This document shows, piece after piece, positions 25,269-28,822 of a DNA stretch of 28,822 nucleotides. The stretch covers positions 1 through 28,822 of the forward strand of contig JAWABM010000008.1 of the NCBI GenBank assembly GCA_038999215.1, in the 5' to 3' direction. Every line of letters begins with the position of its first letter. The first letter of the stretch is position 1. The DNA is from Candidatus Aenigmatarchaeota archaeon (GTDB taxonomy: Archaea; Aenigmatarchaeota; Aenigmatarchaeia; Aenigmatarchaeales; JACQIB01). The position numbers and the translations under genes were made by a program. Under the pieces are notes generated by a model. The model did not search any database. It saw only the letters and a program-made list of their open reading frames with translations, and was not told the origin of the DNA.

Positions 25269-25907
25269 TTACCTCAATTGTTCCCCTTTGTTATAATCAA
25301 TTTTGTTCTTTTCTAAAAAATATCTTATAGTCCTTGGACATATAGCAAAATTTAAATTCTGGGATTCTCTAAAGGTCATTGTTGGCATCCCAACCAATTC
25401 CCCATTCATATTTATTAACGCTCCGCCGCTATTTCCGGGGTTTATTGAAGCTGAAGTAAATATATATGGAGTTGTATATTTGCTGATAATTCCTTTGGTT
25501 ACATAATTTTGAAAACCAAATGGGCTTCCTATACATACTACATCCTCCCCTATTTTCACGCTATCAGGATGCACAATTATTGCTGGTAACTCCATTTCCA
25601 ATGCTTCAGTTCTAAGTAAAGCAATATCCAAATCGTCATCATAATCTATTATCCTATAAACTTTTTTCTTATCTTTTGAATTAGTTAATATTAGAATTGA
25701 TGAAGGAGAATATTGATAATCCTCGATAACGTGGTAATTTGTAAGCACATATCCATTCAAATTTATTATAACACCACTACCTCTTGAACTCTCAGTAATA
25801 ATTTGAACGACGGTTGCAGTTGCATATTCAAGCAGTTTACTTATATCTGCTGCTACACCCGGCATTGGGAATAAAATTAACCATATAATTAAAAGTATAG
25901 TTCTCAT
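25269..25907 (-). CDS. Trypsin-like (S1C/HtrA-type) serine protease without a PDZ domain
   Basis: GSGVII, TNYHVI, DIALL and INPGNSGGAL catalytic-triad motifs; signal peptide; AAGGAG RBS. Confidence 0.92.
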   Translation of the reverse strand: MRTILLIIWLILFPMPGVAADISKLLEYATATVVQIITESSRGSGVIINLNGYVLTNYHVIEDYQYSPSSILILTNSKDKKKVYRIIDYDDDLDIALLRTEALEMELPAIIVHPDSVKIGEDVVCIGSPFGFQNYVTKGIISKYTTPYIFTSASINPGNSGGALINMNGELVGMPTMTFRESQNLNFAICPRTIRYFLEKNKIDYNKGEQLR

Positions 25908-25934
25908 GTAAAACTCCTTGCATTTAATAATAAT

Positions 25935-25965
25935 AAGTAGTCCGAAAATTTCGGACTACTTTTTT
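25935..25965. terminator. Intrinsic (Rho-independent) terminator hairpin after the OmpA-domain gene
   Basis: Perfect inverted repeat AAGTAGTCCGAAA-A-TTTCGGACTACTT with T-rich tails on both strands. Confidence 0.8.
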
Positions 25966-25969
25966 AAAA

Positions 25970-27619
25970 TTAATCTTTAATAACAATTTCAACTCTTCTG
26001 TTTTCCTGAGCTTGCCATTCAGCATATTCCGGATTGTGCATTGGTCGGGAAAAGCCCATTCCGATTGCTTTAATTCTATTTTCAGGAATACCATTTTTAA
26101 CAAGCTCTCTTTTAACTTGTTGAGCTCTTCTAAGTGATAGTAATTTATTTACAGCTTCATTACCTCTCGAATCAGTGTGACCAATCACTTCAATTGTAGC
26201 ATTTGGATTACTTTTCAAATAATTAGCAAATGGTTGTATAAACTTAATATAACCTTCATCCAACTTGTCGCTATTAAAAGCAAACATAGCAACAACTTGA
26301 GGTGGCAGCTGCGGTTCCTCAATATTTATTTTATCGCCGACATAAGTCTCGCCCTTCACATTAATTTTTCTTCCCGCTTTATTCACGCCCTCAATAGCAA
26401 TTTCATATGGTCCTTCGCTTTTTGATGGACTATAGGCTATGTAGTAATAATTATGGAAAAGCCTTGGTAATTCTTCGAATATATCTTCGATTTCTTTGCC
26501 TTGATTTGTGTAATAATATTTACCATCTGTTAGAGTAGCTATTTTCTTCAATAAAGCCTCATCAACTCCACCAAATCCGACTGTATAAATTTTAGTATTA
26601 GTCTCACGAGCATGAAATATCAAATGGGAAGGCTTGAAAGCTAATTTCAAATCAGAAAAAATAAAGGAACTAATAAAAGAGCAGTTCTCCAAGCCATCGG
26701 TGAATAGAATCATAATTTTATTTTTTTCAGCCTCTGACAATGAGTTGATACCGAAACTTGCCCCTGCTATAAGTGCAGTTGCCCAACCGAAGCGTTGTAA
26801 TTGGTCGTAAATATAATTTTTCATTGCAATCTTTTTCGGCGCCAATGGGGATTCCAAATGTAAACGAGCGTCATATTTTACAACAGCGACATTATCATCA
26901 TCTTTAATCAAATTAAAAAACTTACGAACAGAATTTTCGAGTTTCTGTATTGGCTCTCCAGCCATAGAACCGCTGTGGTCAAGCACCAGACAAAAATTAT
27001 AATTTTGTGGTATATAATCGTGATGCTCTGTAACCGTAAAATCAGTGATTTCTCTAACATTGCCCCCAATAGACTCAATCACCTTTTTAAAATACTCTTT
27101 ATAAGTTGATTCCTCTCCATAAGGTGGGGCTAAATTTGCGATAAAATTACCATACTTATCTTTTACAGACACATAAATTCCCATACTTTTTGGATAATTG
27201 CTCCTATCGAAGCCAAATATTGAAAACCTCCAATCATTATCAGTTGTCTGAGTATAATCAACCAATCCTTTCAGATAATTTGTTTCCTGATTATGAATTT
27301 CAGGTTTTATCTTGGGTCTTTCTAATACTAATTTAGGATAAACCTCCACAACCAAGTCCTTTGTAATCTTTTTACCTTTGGCTTCGCTGATTAATGTATA
27401 TGTCCTTGTCTTATCCGCCCTGATAGATAACATTCCACTAAGCGGTAGATTTTCTTTTACACCTTCTATTGCAACTTTTTCTGCATTTTCGACTTGCCAA
27501 TAAAAGGTGATTTCTTGACCTTCTTCTACTCTTTGCGGTGCTGTAAATTCAAGAATTCTCAATGGAGAGCTGCAAGATGCTATTAGGATTAATGCAGTAA
27601 CAAAGAAAATTTTCCTCAT
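25970..27619 (-). CDS. Lipoprotein with an N-terminal beta domain, a VWA domain and an OmpA-like C-terminal domain
   Basis: Lipobox LILIAS-C; MIDAS motif DHSGSM and LFTDG; OmpA-C motifs GHTDSRG..NKLLSLRRA and NRRVEI. Confidence 0.93.
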   Translation of the reverse strand: MRKIFFVTALILIASCSSPLRILEFTAPQRVEEGQEITFYWQVENAEKVAIEGVKENLPLSGMLSIRADKTRTYTLISEAKGKKITKDLVVEVYPKLVLERPKIKPEIHNQETNYLKGLVDYTQTTDNDWRFSIFGFDRSNYPKSMGIYVSVKDKYGNFIANLAPPYGEESTYKEYFKKVIESIGGNVREITDFTVTEHHDYIPQNYNFCLVLDHSGSMAGEPIQKLENSVRKFFNLIKDDDNVAVVKYDARLHLESPLAPKKIAMKNYIYDQLQRFGWATALIAGASFGINSLSEAEKNKIMILFTDGLENCSFISSFIFSDLKLAFKPSHLIFHARETNTKIYTVGFGGVDEALLKKIATLTDGKYYYTNQGKEIEDIFEELPRLFHNYYYIAYSPSKSEGPYEIAIEGVNKAGRKINVKGETYVGDKINIEEPQLPPQVVAMFAFNSDKLDEGYIKFIQPFANYLKSNPNATIEVIGHTDSRGNEAVNKLLSLRRAQQVKRELVKNGIPENRIKAIGMGFSRPMHNPEYAEWQAQENRRVEIVIKD

Positions 27620-27745
27620 CTGTTCACCCTATAATTATTGAAAATATTCGTTGATGATACAAATATAAATTAAAGGGCGACAGAAATTGTCACTTGCAAA
27701 TTAATAATTCAATTTCTGAAAAATTTTTTTGAGGAAATTAATTCG

Positions 27746-27818
27746 AGCCAACAGGCGGACTCGAACCGCCGACCTGCTCATTACGAGTGAGCTGCTCTAC
27801 CAACTGAGCTATGCTGGC
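27746..27818 (-). tRNA. tRNA-Thr(CGU), CCA not encoded
   Basis: Acceptor stem GCCAGCA/TGTTGGC; D arm GCTCAGTTGGTAGAGC; anticodon arm GCTCA-CT-CGT-AA-TGAGC; GGTTCGAGTCC. Confidence 0.95.
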
Positions 27819-27864
27819 ATTTATCCATTACAAAATTAGTTAATTCCTAAAAATTATCCAATAT

Positions 27865-28791
27865 TTAACAACAATTCGGGCTATTATAAATAATTTTTTT
27901 ATTATGATTGAAATCATATTCAATCTGGAATGTTGTATGAGCTATGTTGAATTCTTCGCGCAATATCTTGCCTGCTTGCTCGATAATTATACCAGATTCG
28001 CTTACGCTTAAATCTCTATTTAGCTCAACGTGACATTCGAAGTGGATTTGACTATCGTTCAATCTCCATAAGTGGATATGGTGGATATCTTTTATCTCTG
28101 GTATAGTCATCATACATTGTCTAATCTTTTCAATATCTAAATTTTTGGGAGCTGATTGCATTAAAATATCAACAGTCTCTTTTGTTATATCGAATGTTTC
28201 TTTCAGTATATAGAGTGCAATTGCCATAGAAAGCAATGGGTCGAGCCAATAAATTCCAAGTGCAACAATTAGCACAGCTCCGACAATAACTGCAACCGAT
28301 GAAAGAGTATCACCTAAAAGATGCAAATATGCCGCTTTAACATTTATGTTGCTACTTATATCCCTTTTTAAAATTAAAACGCAAGCTAAATTGCCCAATA
28401 AGCCAATAAATGCAATAATTAACATTAGCTCGCCTTCAATAGGCAATGGCTCCCAAAGTCGTTTAATTGCTTCATAAAACAAATAAATACAAATGGCAAT
28501 TAATATTATGGAATTTATAAATGCTGATAAAATTTCAGCACGTTTATATCCAAAAGTTTGCTTGCTATTTGAGCTGCGGATTGAATATCTATGAGCTACA
28601 TAAGCTAAAATAATTGCAAATCCATCGCTAAAATTATGCAGTGCATCGGAAAGCAAAGCAAGACTGCCGGTTAGTATTCCACCGATAATTTCAGCTAATG
28701 TTATCGAAAAATTAATAATAATTGTGAGAAGCAATCTTTTGCTGCTTATTGTAGATTGCACTCCCAGCTGACTATCACCATCCCTAAGCAT
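27865..28791 (-). CDS. czcD: Cation diffusion facilitator (CzcD/ZitB-like) transporter
   Basis: SLALLSDALHNFSD, TFGYKRAE, AAYLHLLGD, IHHIHLW and HTTFQIE motifs. Confidence 0.93.
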   Translation of the reverse strand: MLRDGDSQLGVQSTISSKRLLLTIIINFSITLAEIIGGILTGSLALLSDALHNFSDGFAIILAYVAHRYSIRSSNSKQTFGYKRAEILSAFINSIILIAICIYLFYEAIKRLWEPLPIEGELMLIIAFIGLLGNLACVLILKRDISSNINVKAAYLHLLGDTLSSVAVIVGAVLIVALGIYWLDPLLSMAIALYILKETFDITKETVDILMQSAPKNLDIEKIRQCMMTIPEIKDIHHIHLWRLNDSQIHFECHVELNRDLSVSESGIIIEQAGKILREEFNIAHTTFQIEYDFNHNKKIIYNSPNCC

Positions 28792-28822
28792 TACATAATT
28801 TTGCTTTTTCTATATTACACCT

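Noticed and set aside
24739..28822. Genomic island or provirus integrated at tRNA-Ala
   Set aside because: The foreign DNA abuts the 5' end rather than the 3' end, there is no integrase or att repeat, and the content looks like ordinary bacterial chromosome including its own tRNA.

Overview
The window has two very different parts. Bases 1 to about 24,880 are GC-rich, densely packed archaeal DNA, probably from a DPANN lineage (an inference from gene content). It carries parvulin, aIF-1A, NMD3, thermosome, two ACT proteins, a COG1395-type HTH regulator, CYTH cyclase, EndoQ, pelota, a PdaD-like decarboxylase, a ZIP transporter and three tRNAs: intron-containing Ile(UAU), Val(GAC) and intron-containing Ala(GGC). 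Many genes have a TATA box about 25 nt upstream of the start. From about 24,880 to the end the DNA is abruptly AT-rich and bacterial (trypsin-like protease, VWA-OmpA lipoprotein, tRNA-Thr(CGU), CDF transporter), most likely a chimeric join or contig concatenation. The most interesting archaeal features are: (1) a secreted, polymorphic-toxin-like protein tethered by a long Gly/Ser linker to a CFI-box-CTERM domain, convergent with a small membrane gene; (2) two CRISPR-less Cas4-family genes, an intact Csa1 and a degenerate Cas4 coupled to an unknown Zn-finger/winged-helix protein; (3) a rare tRNA-Ile(UAU) divergent from the COG1395 regulator; (4) an operon of one polytopic membrane protein and three lipoproteins that share one extracellular domain pattern; (5) several Cys-rich microproteins, two of them missing from the ORF track. 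All calls come from reading the sequence by eye; no searches were run.
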